Source: Bacillota bacterium (GTDB taxonomy: Bacteria; Bacillota; Dethiobacteria; DTU022). From it: DNA of 64,000 bases. The position numbers and the translations under genes are program-made. The notes beneath the pieces were generated by a model. It ran no database searches. It worked only from the letters and a program-made list of their open reading frames with translations, and was not told where the DNA came from. The stretch lies in contig JAKPEE010000156.1 in the NCBI GenBank assembly GCA_029552125.1, positions 11,088-75,087 on the forward strand, in the 5' to 3' direction. Position 1 is the first letter of the stretch; every line of letters starts with the position of its first letter. Below are positions 1 to 8,275 of the stretch, one piece after another.

Positions 1-17
1 GGCGGAAAAGTGAAAAG

Positions 18-920
18 TTGGCCGAGCAAAAAATAGTTGACGAAGCCATAAGGCAAGCCTATCATGTTGATTATCCAGAATTTGCCTATATTTGTGGCGG
101 TTTGCGTAAGATTGCGGTCAACCCCGGGGATCTTCGCGCCCGCAATATGCTGCTGCAAAAAGGGGTCAGGTATTATTCTAGTGTACAATTTTTTATTTAC
201 TCTTGTGCTTATTTCTTGCCTGTTGATATTTTTCTGGATATTGGAGCGAACTATGGGGAGTGTTTGTTCGCGCTTCCTTTATACAAAAAAGTAAAAGTTC
301 GCGGCTATGAGGCCAATGCCGGCCTGCTTAAATATCTTAAAAAATCAAAGACTTATAACGATGATCTTCATGATCTGGCCATCACGTGGTATGCGGTAAC
401 AAATCGTGCCGGCGAGATGATCTCTTTCTATATCGATACCGAGTGGTCCGGTAAATCAAGCGCTTTACTGATGAAAAATCAGGGCAGCGTCCTCAGGATC
501 GATGTTCCGACTACCAGTATCGACCATGAAATGAACCAGCTAGGCGGCTGTAAAATGCTCCTGGTCAAGGTGGATGTGGAGGGTTTCGAACCGCTGGTGG
601 TGGAGGGTGCGGCCAAAGTTAATCGCGATATTCCCAACATTATCTATCTGCTCGAGTTTGACAGCAAGTTTCTGATGCGTGGTGGCATCGAACCGAAGGC
701 TTTCTTTAATAAACTGGCTGCCCAGTTCCGCGTCTATAAACTTTCCTATCGCCATATCAACCCCGTCAAGGATTTTATGCATTTATCTGCACAACAGCAA
801 GGCTCATCGAGAATACATGTTGATCTCATTTTGACCAAATTTAGGGACCCCCGCATTAACAGTGTCTTCGAGCAAGAGATTGCCTCGCAAGATTTAAAAA
901 AAATATGTGGATTACTATAA
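18..920 (+). CDS. FkbM-family SAM-dependent methyltransferase
   Basis: 300-aa ORF with a TTG start. The frame stays open to the window edge, so the 5' end is uncertain. 'DIGANYGE' and 'LVKVDVEGFEP' blocks are typical of FkbM-type methyltransferases. Confidence 0.7.
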   Translation: MAEQKIVDEAIRQAYHVDYPEFAYICGGLRKIAVNPGDLRARNMLLQKGVRYYSSVQFFIYSCAYFLPVDIFLDIGANYGECLFALPLYKKVKVRGYEANAGLLKYLKKSKTYNDDLHDLAITWYAVTNRAGEMISFYIDTEWSGKSSALLMKNQGSVLRIDVPTTSIDHEMNQLGGCKMLLVKVDVEGFEPLVVEGAAKVNRDIPNIIYLLEFDSKFLMRGGIEPKAFFNKLAAQFRVYKLSYRHINPVKDFMHLSAQQQGSSRIHVDLILTKFRDPRINSVFEQEIASQDLKKICGLL

Positions 921-947
921 GCCAGGTTTAATGCTAAATATTCCCGG

Positions 948-1712
948 CTAGACTTCATTTAAAAAGTAATCACATATCTGGCGTATGATCAGGGCGCGAT
1001 TCTTGTATTTGCCGGTAACATGGTATATTCTGACATCATCGTCAAGGTAGGGATGAATATCTTTTACATTCGCTCGCTGTTCCGAGGGAAGACTCATTGC
1101 CGGCAAGCAATTAAAAGAGTCGGGGTAGAAAAAAAGTGGAACGTTACCCAGCGCAAATAAATAATAAGCCAGAGTTTGATGAGGATAACGGCAAAAAAGC
1201 AGGGGGGCCGCGTAGACAATTTTCTCGGGACTGATGGCCTCCGCGCAGATCCGGTCATAGATCATAACGCCGCTGTTCATATAATAATGGTCATTGTAAG
1301 CTACACCCTGTAGAGTTTTATTTTTGACCAAAGCATCGATGCATGCAAAAGATGTCCTGGCGTGACGGGGTGAAGTTTTCTTGATACCGCAATAACCCCG
1401 CGGTACAAGATCAAATAGGCTCTCGGCGTTCCGCCTGACGCAGCAACTGTCATCCAGGACCAGGATGCGGTCATAACCATGCTGTGTCATGTATTTCCAG
1501 GGAAAGAAAGATTTTGCCGCATAAGCAATCTTGTTGCGCCGCCCGGGCTTCTGCGGTAGCTCCGGCAAAGGCAGCTCTTCTTGCGAAGGTGGAAAGCGTT
1601 CCACGAAAAAATCAGCCCGGCATACCCGGGCATAATGTTTCATTGCCGGTATGGTATAATTCGCCCAGGGCCTATGGCCAATAGAAATGGTAATAATGGC
1701 CAGCTTCTCCAT
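948..1712 (-). CDS. Nucleotide-diphospho-sugar glycosyltransferase (GT8-like)
   Basis: 254-aa ORF. It has a DxD-like 'VLDDSC' and an 'MNSGVMIY' block reminiscent of family-8 glycosyltransferases. Family assignment is from memory only. Confidence 0.5.
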   Translation of the reverse strand: MEKLAIITISIGHRPWANYTIPAMKHYARVCRADFFVERFPPSQEELPLPELPQKPGRRNKIAYAAKSFFPWKYMTQHGYDRILVLDDSCCVRRNAESLFDLVPRGYCGIKKTSPRHARTSFACIDALVKNKTLQGVAYNDHYYMNSGVMIYDRICAEAISPEKIVYAAPLLFCRYPHQTLAYYLFALGNVPLFFYPDSFNCLPAMSLPSEQRANVKDIHPYLDDDVRIYHVTGKYKNRALIIRQICDYFLNEV

Positions 1713-1817
1713 AATTGCTCACCTTCATCTTTGCCTTATTTTCCAGCCCTGCAGCTAAATAATTGCCGCTGCGAAGAGCGAAACAACACCTCCATCACTG
1801 CGCGGTAATCAGGGCGG

Positions 1818-2762
1818 TTAAACGAAATTACTTTGTTTGCCATGCACAGCGATGGCCGCTTCCACAAGTTTTAGCGGGCGGCCCGCTTCTTTGGCCTGCC
1901 TGGCCAGAGCCCGCGTCTCTCTGGGGAAACGGCTTTGCCAATACCCCGGCTTCAAAGAATGGAGCCCGCTGCGGTCGTCCATACCGATCCCCCTGGCCAC
2001 TTGCTTGATATCAGCGCCCATTATTTCACACAGGCTGGCAATTTCGTTGATAAATGCGATTTTCATATCCATAAAGGCGTTGGCGGCAAGCTTGATCATT
2101 TCGGCAGTCTCCGGTTTTGTTACCATAAGAGGTTCTAGGGGCCATTCATAGCAACGGTAGAGTAAGCGCATAATTTTGGCAGCCCTGGCGTTAGTGACCC
2201 CGAAAATAACCTGCCGGGGGTGGCGGAAGCTTTGGAGGGTGCTGCCTTCACTTAAGAAATCGGGATTGGCTACCACATCAAACGGATAGGCGGCGTTTCT
2301 CACCTGTTGAGATTCGCGGATAATCTGCTCCAGGGCTCTGGCTGTGCCCACAGGCACGGTGGACTTGTTGATGATAATTTTATAGTTATCCATGGCCAGG
2401 CCGATAGACCTGGCAACATCGCAAAGATCATCTACCATTAAATTTCCATCCCTGTCGGAGGGGAGGCCGACGTCCAGGAAGATAACATCGCACTGCGATA
2501 TTGCCGCAGACAGGCTGGCCTCAAAATGCAGCAGCCCCTTGCTTAATGCACCGGCGATGAGATCTTCCAAGCCGGGTTCGTTGATTGGCATTTGAGCCCG
2601 GTTCAGCCGGGCAACTTTATCCGGCGACGGATCGATACAGGTAATTTTATGGCCGGCAGCCGCCAGGCAGCCGGCCACCACCAGGCCCACAGTTCCTGAT
2701 CCGATCACGGCAATCTTATTTCTAACAGTAATTCTTCTGAGCTTTCTTATTTCCATCACCAT
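1818..2762 (-). CDS. UDP-glucose/GDP-mannose dehydrogenase family protein, C-terminally truncated and active-site degenerate
   Basis: N-terminal Rossmann motif 'KIAVIGSGTVGLVVAGCLA' plus the central domain. The canonical 'GxGxGGxCxPKD' catalytic-Cys block reads 'PGYWQSRFPRETRAL'. The ORF stops before a UDP-binding C-terminal domain, and only 105 nt remain before the next gene. Confidence 0.65.
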   Translation of the reverse strand: MVMEIRKLRRITVRNKIAVIGSGTVGLVVAGCLAAAGHKITCIDPSPDKVARLNRAQMPINEPGLEDLIAGALSKGLLHFEASLSAAISQCDVIFLDVGLPSDRDGNLMVDDLCDVARSIGLAMDNYKIIINKSTVPVGTARALEQIIRESQQVRNAAYPFDVVANPDFLSEGSTLQSFRHPRQVIFGVTNARAAKIMRLLYRCYEWPLEPLMVTKPETAEMIKLAANAFMDMKIAFINEIASLCEIMGADIKQVARGIGMDDRSGLHSLKPGYWQSRFPRETRALARQAKEAGRPLKLVEAAIAVHGKQSNFV

Positions 2763-2933
2763 GGCAAGCCGTATGCTTTTTATCCCGCCTGCTAGCCTAT
2801 GGAAGGCGTTTAACAGGGGACTGATCCGGTTGGAATACTGTTTATAGCATTTGGGGTAATATCCAGCGCTATCACATTAGTATATTATTAGGGGATGATT
2901 GAGTTGGTGCCTGATCCGGCCTGGAAATTGACT

Positions 2934-4049
2934 CTAATAGTTGGCGGAGGCGAAGTCTACCAGGAATTTGGCATACTCCAGGGGATTGAGGAAAGAGCGG
3001 TATATCACCGGTTGTTCATAGGACATAAACAGGGCTACCTTGGCTGACTTGGCGTTGCATTCGATTAACCAGAGATTTAAATGCCGGTCCAAGGCAAAGT
3101 CAATACCCATATCGCCAAACATACCATAGATCTTCTCGACGTTCAGGTATACATTTAATAAAAAGTCACTGATCCGGTTATAGAGAATAAAGAGCTCCAT
3201 ATCAGAGCAGTTTGTCATCGTTTTAAACAAGTCGGTAAACTTATAGACAGCCGTGCCGGCCCGGGTTGTAGTTACAGGAGAGTTCAATGCCGCCAACCGG
3301 GCCGATATGGCCACAATCTCCAGGCGGCCCTGGCCATTCCGCTGTAGTTCAGCCCTGAAATCTACGTGCTGGCCGTTTAAGTGAAATACATCAATCGCTT
3401 CTTGCACAATGAAATTCCGGCGATTAAAAAAAGGCCGGTAAAAATCAACCAGTTGGTCCCAGCTTTCGGCCACTTCCAGCCTTAAGTGGTCATCTACATA
3501 ACTGTATTCAAATAAATTGTCCTGCCGAAGCTTAACCCGGACAACCTTCCGGCTGTACCGCCCCACCGCCGGCTTCAGATAAATTGTTTTATATTGTTTA
3601 AGCATGTCCTGCATGTCTTGCTCCTGGTGATAAAGGACAGTATGGGGCAAATGGCTCTTCATCCCCGGTATGGTGGACAGGTAGCAATAGAGCTCCCACT
3701 TGTTAAAATCATTAATGGGATTGATCGTTTTTATGCCCATGGCGGCGACCAGCTCTCTAAATTTTCTAATCTTAGGCGTGCTGCCCTCAGATCTCCGGTT
3801 ATAGATTACATCAGGAAAAGTATATTCGCCTGTATCCCATCGCTTGGTTTCTTCGTTGTAATAAGTCCCGGTAATTCTTTGTTTCTCCAAATCAACATCT
3901 TTAATTGAAAAGAAATACAAAATAACTTGCGCTTCCCGGTTTGCCTCCTGCAAACCGTTTTTATCGAAAGGCGGTTCCTGACGGCGCAGCTTTTTGATCA
4001 CTGAATTAGTTACAAATACTCCGACCAGGGGTTTATGAACATGAATCAC
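2934..4049 (-). CDS. YheC/YheD-family ATP-grasp protein (paralogue 1 of 7)
   Basis: 371-aa ORF with a GTG start. It has 'VDFRAELQRN', 'SPVTTT' and the ATP-grasp metal-ligand block 'GIDFALD...NLWLIECNAKS'. These blocks are shared with six other ORFs in the window. Confidence 0.8.
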   Translation of the reverse strand: MIHVHKPLVGVFVTNSVIKKLRRQEPPFDKNGLQEANREAQVILYFFSIKDVDLEKQRITGTYYNEETKRWDTGEYTFPDVIYNRRSEGSTPKIRKFRELVAAMGIKTINPINDFNKWELYCYLSTIPGMKSHLPHTVLYHQEQDMQDMLKQYKTIYLKPAVGRYSRKVVRVKLRQDNLFEYSYVDDHLRLEVAESWDQLVDFYRPFFNRRNFIVQEAIDVFHLNGQHVDFRAELQRNGQGRLEIVAISARLAALNSPVTTTRAGTAVYKFTDLFKTMTNCSDMELFILYNRISDFLLNVYLNVEKIYGMFGDMGIDFALDRHLNLWLIECNAKSAKVALFMSYEQPVIYRSFLNPLEYAKFLVDFASANY

Positions 4050-4433
4050 GCTAATTTAACACTCCAGGTTTAATAGTTTATCTTACATCTTTGGGCCAGG
4101 CCCGGCGTAATAGCTCTTTAAATAATACCATGATCATAAATTTATAGGGGGCAGGCGGCCTTGATGATAGAAAAGGATGCTGCCGCACAATGTTTACTAT
4201 ACTCTATGTTCTGTTTATATGTTTGGTTCCGGTGGAGTATCCTCCGGCCTTTTCCATTGCTTTCCTGGTAGAGCATCCCGGTTGGATAACGTCTACCCTT
4301 TTTTTTTGGCCTTGGAGAGTAACAGATAATGCTTTAAATAATATACTGCATCAGTAGTGATATAAAAGCAACTATAACGACTGGCATTAATTTAGCTGTT
4401 TAACGCCGGTTTGAAGGAGAATTTTGACCCTGT

Positions 4434-5579
4434 ATGTTAACCAAGCATAGCAGCACTCGGGATCCCGTTATGGCCATTCTGGTAAGCAATTTAACAGTGC
4501 AACACTTAAAAAAACAAATTGTCAATCCGCGGATTAAATTACTTTTGGAAGCCAACAAAGAGGTGAACCTTGATTATTTTTATTTTTCCATTAACCGGGT
4601 AAGGCTGCCGGAGGGCAAGATCAAGGGGGTATACTGGAATGACCGGTACAATCTCTGGCTGACTAAAGAGTACGCCTTGCCGGATGTTTTATACCTGAGG
4701 GGAGGCATCCCTTTAAGGTACCGGGATCGATTCGAGATGTTTATGGAAGTTTTAGCCAACAATAAAACCAGTATAATCAATTACCCCCGTTTTAACAAGT
4801 GGGATCTTTATGTAACAGTATCCCAGGATCAAGTCTTAAAGGACAATCTTCCCGCTACCCGGACGGTAAATAAACCGCGAGAGATCGTGAAGATGTTGCA
4901 GCATTATGATTCTGTTTACTTGAAATCGCATTTGGGCCGAAAAGGTGATTTTGTATTGCGGGTAGATAAACAGTCCAACGAATACTATCGTTACAGCTAC
5001 TACAAGCACAGCCGGAATGAGCTGGTCATCAATACGGTATACGGATTGCCGGCATTGCAGGACGAGGTTTATAAATTTTTTCGGGGCAAAGATTTTATTA
5101 TCCAGCAGGCTATAGATCTGTTAACTATTGATAGCAGGCTTGTTGACATGCGAGCGGAGCTCCAGCGGAACCGGTATGGAAAACTTGAAATTGCGGGCAT
5201 ATCGGTGCGCGTGGGCAAGCCTAATTCCCCCATTACCACTCACGATGCGGCTTATCCCTTTGACAGCTTTTTTGAAAATGAGATGCACTATCCCAAAGAA
5301 AGAGTAGAAAAGATCAGGGAAAAAGCTGAACAGTTCTTGTTCCGCGTTTATGACTGTATTGAAAAAAAGTATGGGGAATATGTTGAAATAGGCATTGACT
5401 TCGCCATAGATGCAAACGACAAACTCTGGCTAATCGAAGCCAACTCGCAATCAACAAAGAATTCACTGGGTAAAGCCTATGGCAGGGACGTGTTGTTGAA
5501 GGCTTACCGGAATATTTTGGAATACGCCAGGTATGTAGCTGAAAACGAAGCTAAAGACCGGCCATTTTTTGTTACCTAA
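4434..5579 (+). CDS. YheC/YheD-family ATP-grasp protein (paralogue 2 of 7)
   Basis: 381-aa ORF with 'VDMRAELQRN', 'SPITTH' and 'GIDFAID...KLWLIEANSQS'. AAGGAG lies 14 nt upstream of the ATG. Confidence 0.8.
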   Translation: MLTKHSSTRDPVMAILVSNLTVQHLKKQIVNPRIKLLLEANKEVNLDYFYFSINRVRLPEGKIKGVYWNDRYNLWLTKEYALPDVLYLRGGIPLRYRDRFEMFMEVLANNKTSIINYPRFNKWDLYVTVSQDQVLKDNLPATRTVNKPREIVKMLQHYDSVYLKSHLGRKGDFVLRVDKQSNEYYRYSYYKHSRNELVINTVYGLPALQDEVYKFFRGKDFIIQQAIDLLTIDSRLVDMRAELQRNRYGKLEIAGISVRVGKPNSPITTHDAAYPFDSFFENEMHYPKERVEKIREKAEQFLFRVYDCIEKKYGEYVEIGIDFAIDANDKLWLIEANSQSTKNSLGKAYGRDVLLKAYRNILEYARYVAENEAKDRPFFVT

Positions 5580-5604
5580 ACTATTGGAATGAGAGAGTGA
5601 ATCA

Positions 5605-6873
5605 ATGGCTTCTTTTGCTGCTCGACAATTATTAAAGCCGATGTGTGGGAAATGGATCAAAGGCGATCAAAATACAGTGATCAGCGGTTTTAGCAACAAG
5701 GCTTCCAAAGTTAAACCGGGGTACATGTTTTTTGACACAAAGGGAGGAAAAAGAGGCCAGCGCAACATTGCCAGAGCGATACAAAATGGTGCCGCGGCCA
5801 TTGTGGTTTCGAAAAAAAATTTTGATCAGCACCTGTTTGAAGATGAAAAGGCGCCAGCGGCAGTAATCACGGTAAGCGACGTATGGGAAGCTATTTGGGT
5901 TGTGGCCAAACTATTCCGTGATCTGCACCATATTCCGGTGGTAGGCGTTACCGGCTCATCGGGTAAAACGACAACTACGCATATGATCGCTTCAATTTTT
6001 AGCAGAAGGTGGAAAACTCATAAAACCAAAGGGAATCTGAATTTGCCCGAATATTTGCCCGCCCAGATCATGCGTTTGCAATATGGCTACCAGGCGGCGG
6101 TTTTTGAAATAGGCATGCACCGGCGGGGCCAGGTCGGCTGGCAATCAAGCATCATCCAGCCGGAAGTAGGTATTATTACCAATATTGGGATAGCCCATGT
6201 GGAATATCTGGGTAATTTGGAACAGATCATTCTTGAGAAATCAGATATTATCAAAGGCATGCCTGAACACGGCTGCTTAGTTCTAAATGCAGATAGCCCG
6301 GCCACAAAACAAATTGATTTATCAGGCTTTAAAGGAAAAATTGCCTATTTTGGCTTAAATAACAAGGCTGACTATACGGCGTCAGAAATTATGATTAGAA
6401 GAAGGGGCACATTTTTTAAAGCGGCAATAGATGGAAAACAGCATTATTTTTTTATTCCCGTTTATGGGCGCCATAATGTTTATAACGCCCTGGCGGCAAT
6501 AGCTGCGGCCAGGTACTATAATTTCGACATAGATACAATTAAAGCAGGCTTAGCCGGATTTAGCCAGCCAAAAATGAGATTGCAAATCCTGCCAGGCCTA
6601 AGGCAAAGTGTTTTAATCGATGATACGTATAATGCCAATCCTGACAGCATCATCGCCGGGCTGGAAGTGTTAAAGGAGCTTTCCGGGAAAAAAACAAGTG
6701 TTGCCGTTTTAGGCGAGATGCTTGAGCAAGGCCAATATGCCCCGGAAAACCACCGCAAAGTAGGTAGAAAAGTTGAGGAGCTAGAAATTAACTGGCTCAT
6801 TACCGTTGGGGAACTAGCCAGAGAAATTGCCGGAGCGATTAAGTCAACCAAAATAAAAAAAATGGTCCTTTGA
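5605..6873 (+). CDS. MurF-type Mur ligase (UDP-MurNAc-tripeptide--D-Ala-D-Ala ligase-like), reading frame broken near the 3' end
   Basis: N-terminal Mur-ligase domain, P-loop 'VVGVTGSSGKTTT' and 'IDDTYNANPDS'. The ORF ends prematurely just after an A8 run. The conserved C-terminus continues in the +1 frame (next feature). Confidence 0.8.
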   Translation: MASFAARQLLKPMCGKWIKGDQNTVISGFSNKASKVKPGYMFFDTKGGKRGQRNIARAIQNGAAAIVVSKKNFDQHLFEDEKAPAAVITVSDVWEAIWVVAKLFRDLHHIPVVGVTGSSGKTTTTHMIASIFSRRWKTHKTKGNLNLPEYLPAQIMRLQYGYQAAVFEIGMHRRGQVGWQSSIIQPEVGIITNIGIAHVEYLGNLEQIILEKSDIIKGMPEHGCLVLNADSPATKQIDLSGFKGKIAYFGLNNKADYTASEIMIRRRGTFFKAAIDGKQHYFFIPVYGRHNVYNALAAIAAARYYNFDIDTIKAGLAGFSQPKMRLQILPGLRQSVLIDDTYNANPDSIIAGLEVLKELSGKKTSVAVLGEMLEQGQYAPENHRKVGRKVEELEINWLITVGELAREIAGAIKSTKIKKMVL

Positions 6874-7009
6874 CAACACCCAGGAGGCGAGCACCTTTTT
6901 ACGGAAGGCGCTTCCTGGAAAATCCGTGGTTCTCGTCAAAGGTTCAAGGGGATCGCGGATGGAACGTGTAGTCAAAGCACTAACTGCTCGACATGAGGGA
7001 AGGCCATGA
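6857..7009 (+). other. Out-of-frame C-terminal segment of the preceding MurF-type gene
   Basis: My own translation of frame 2 gives 'KKWSFDNTQEASTFLRKALPGKSVVLVKGSRGSRMERVVKALTARHEGRP*'. 'VLVKGSRG..ME.VV' is the canonical MurF C-terminal block. The shift maps to the A8 run at 6855-6862. Confidence 0.75.
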
Positions 7010-7043
7010 ACATGGAAGATTTGAAGAAAGGGTAGTATGAAAA

Positions 7044-8150
7044 ATGGGACCTCTCATTTTAAATAAGCCGGTAATTGCCATAACCGGCAGTTGCGGTAAA
7101 ACAACAACGAAAGAAATGATCGCTTCAATTTTGCAAACCAGGTGGACGATCATTAAAACACTGAAAACCAGGAATCAGCCTCGACATACCAAAAAAATTG
7201 CGGAAAAGGTGGGGCCACACCACCAGGCAGTGGTCCTGGAATTCGGTATGGGAAGGAAAAATGCGGGGAAAAAACATTGCCGCTACATTCAACCCAACAT
7301 GGTTGTCATTACCAATATCGGCACCGCCCACTATGGTAAACTTGGCAACAGTATTGCTTTAACTGCGCGCCATAAATCCGCACTGATTAAGCAGATGAAA
7401 CCTGACGGGATCCTTTTTATTAATAATGACGACATCAATAGCAGACTGCTTCATACCGGAGCTTTTTCCGGTGAGATAGTCACTGTGGGAATTAAAAAGC
7501 AGGCGGACTACCGCGCCGATAAGGTTTACTATCTGGATAAAGGGATGGGTTTTCAGGCCACCCTGAATGGGAAGTGGGAGTCATTCTTCATTCCCTCTTT
7601 CGGCTGGTGTAATGTCATGAATGCGCTATTTGCCATTGCCGTCACGCACCGGCTTGGTTTTACCCTGGCAGAGATAAGATCCGGCTTAAGCAGCTATGCC
7701 GTCCCCCACCACAGAATTAATTTACACCACCTGCCCGATGGCGTATTGTTAATTGATGATACGTATAATGCCAACCCGGAAGCAGTAAAAGCGGCTGTAG
7801 ATGTATTGGTTGATCTGGGCAAAGGGAAAAAGAAAATTGCGGTTATCGGCAGCATGCTTGAGCTGGGAAATTATTCTCCAAAAGGGCACATGGATATAGG
7901 CAGATACATGGTGAAGCAGAAGATTGACTTGATTTGTGCCTTTGGTCTAAAGGCGGAATCAATTTGCAAAGGAGTAGCCGGCGCGAGAGACTGTAGTTGC
8001 AGGCATTTTATTAACCGGCATGAACTGCACGACTGGCTGGCGGCAAATATCGGGCCTTCCGTAGCGATACTGGTTAAAGGGTCAAATCGGATGAAGATGA
8101 AAGAGACAGTAGAATACCTGATTCTTCATTATACTAATCAGTCCATCTAA
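7044..8150 (+). CDS. Mur-ligase family protein lacking the N-terminal substrate domain (MurF-like middle and C domains only)
   Basis: 368-aa ORF that starts directly at the P-loop 'VIAITGSCGKTTTKEM'. It has 'IDDTYNANPEA' and C-terminal 'AILVKGSNRMKME'. Confidence 0.75.
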   Translation: MGPLILNKPVIAITGSCGKTTTKEMIASILQTRWTIIKTLKTRNQPRHTKKIAEKVGPHHQAVVLEFGMGRKNAGKKHCRYIQPNMVVITNIGTAHYGKLGNSIALTARHKSALIKQMKPDGILFINNDDINSRLLHTGAFSGEIVTVGIKKQADYRADKVYYLDKGMGFQATLNGKWESFFIPSFGWCNVMNALFAIAVTHRLGFTLAEIRSGLSSYAVPHHRINLHHLPDGVLLIDDTYNANPEAVKAAVDVLVDLGKGKKKIAVIGSMLELGNYSPKGHMDIGRYMVKQKIDLICAFGLKAESICKGVAGARDCSCRHFINRHELHDWLAANIGPSVAILVKGSNRMKMKETVEYLILHYTNQSI

Positions 8151-8275
8151 AAAAGGCAGATTATCCCCGCCTGCTAATATTTACTCTTCTCTGCACCAGA
8201 TGTCTATACGGCTCATAATCTATAGAAAAGAAACCATTACACTTTGTAAAAATATGCGGAAAGGAAGCTGGTGAT

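Noticed and set aside
5463-5660. Short ORFs (60-110 aa) overlap the YheC/D and Mur-ligase genes on the opposite strand, for example 3594-3908, 4580-4780, 6087-6305 and 6516-6851.
   Set aside because: They are embedded antisense in well-supported genes, and they have no translation signals and no motifs.
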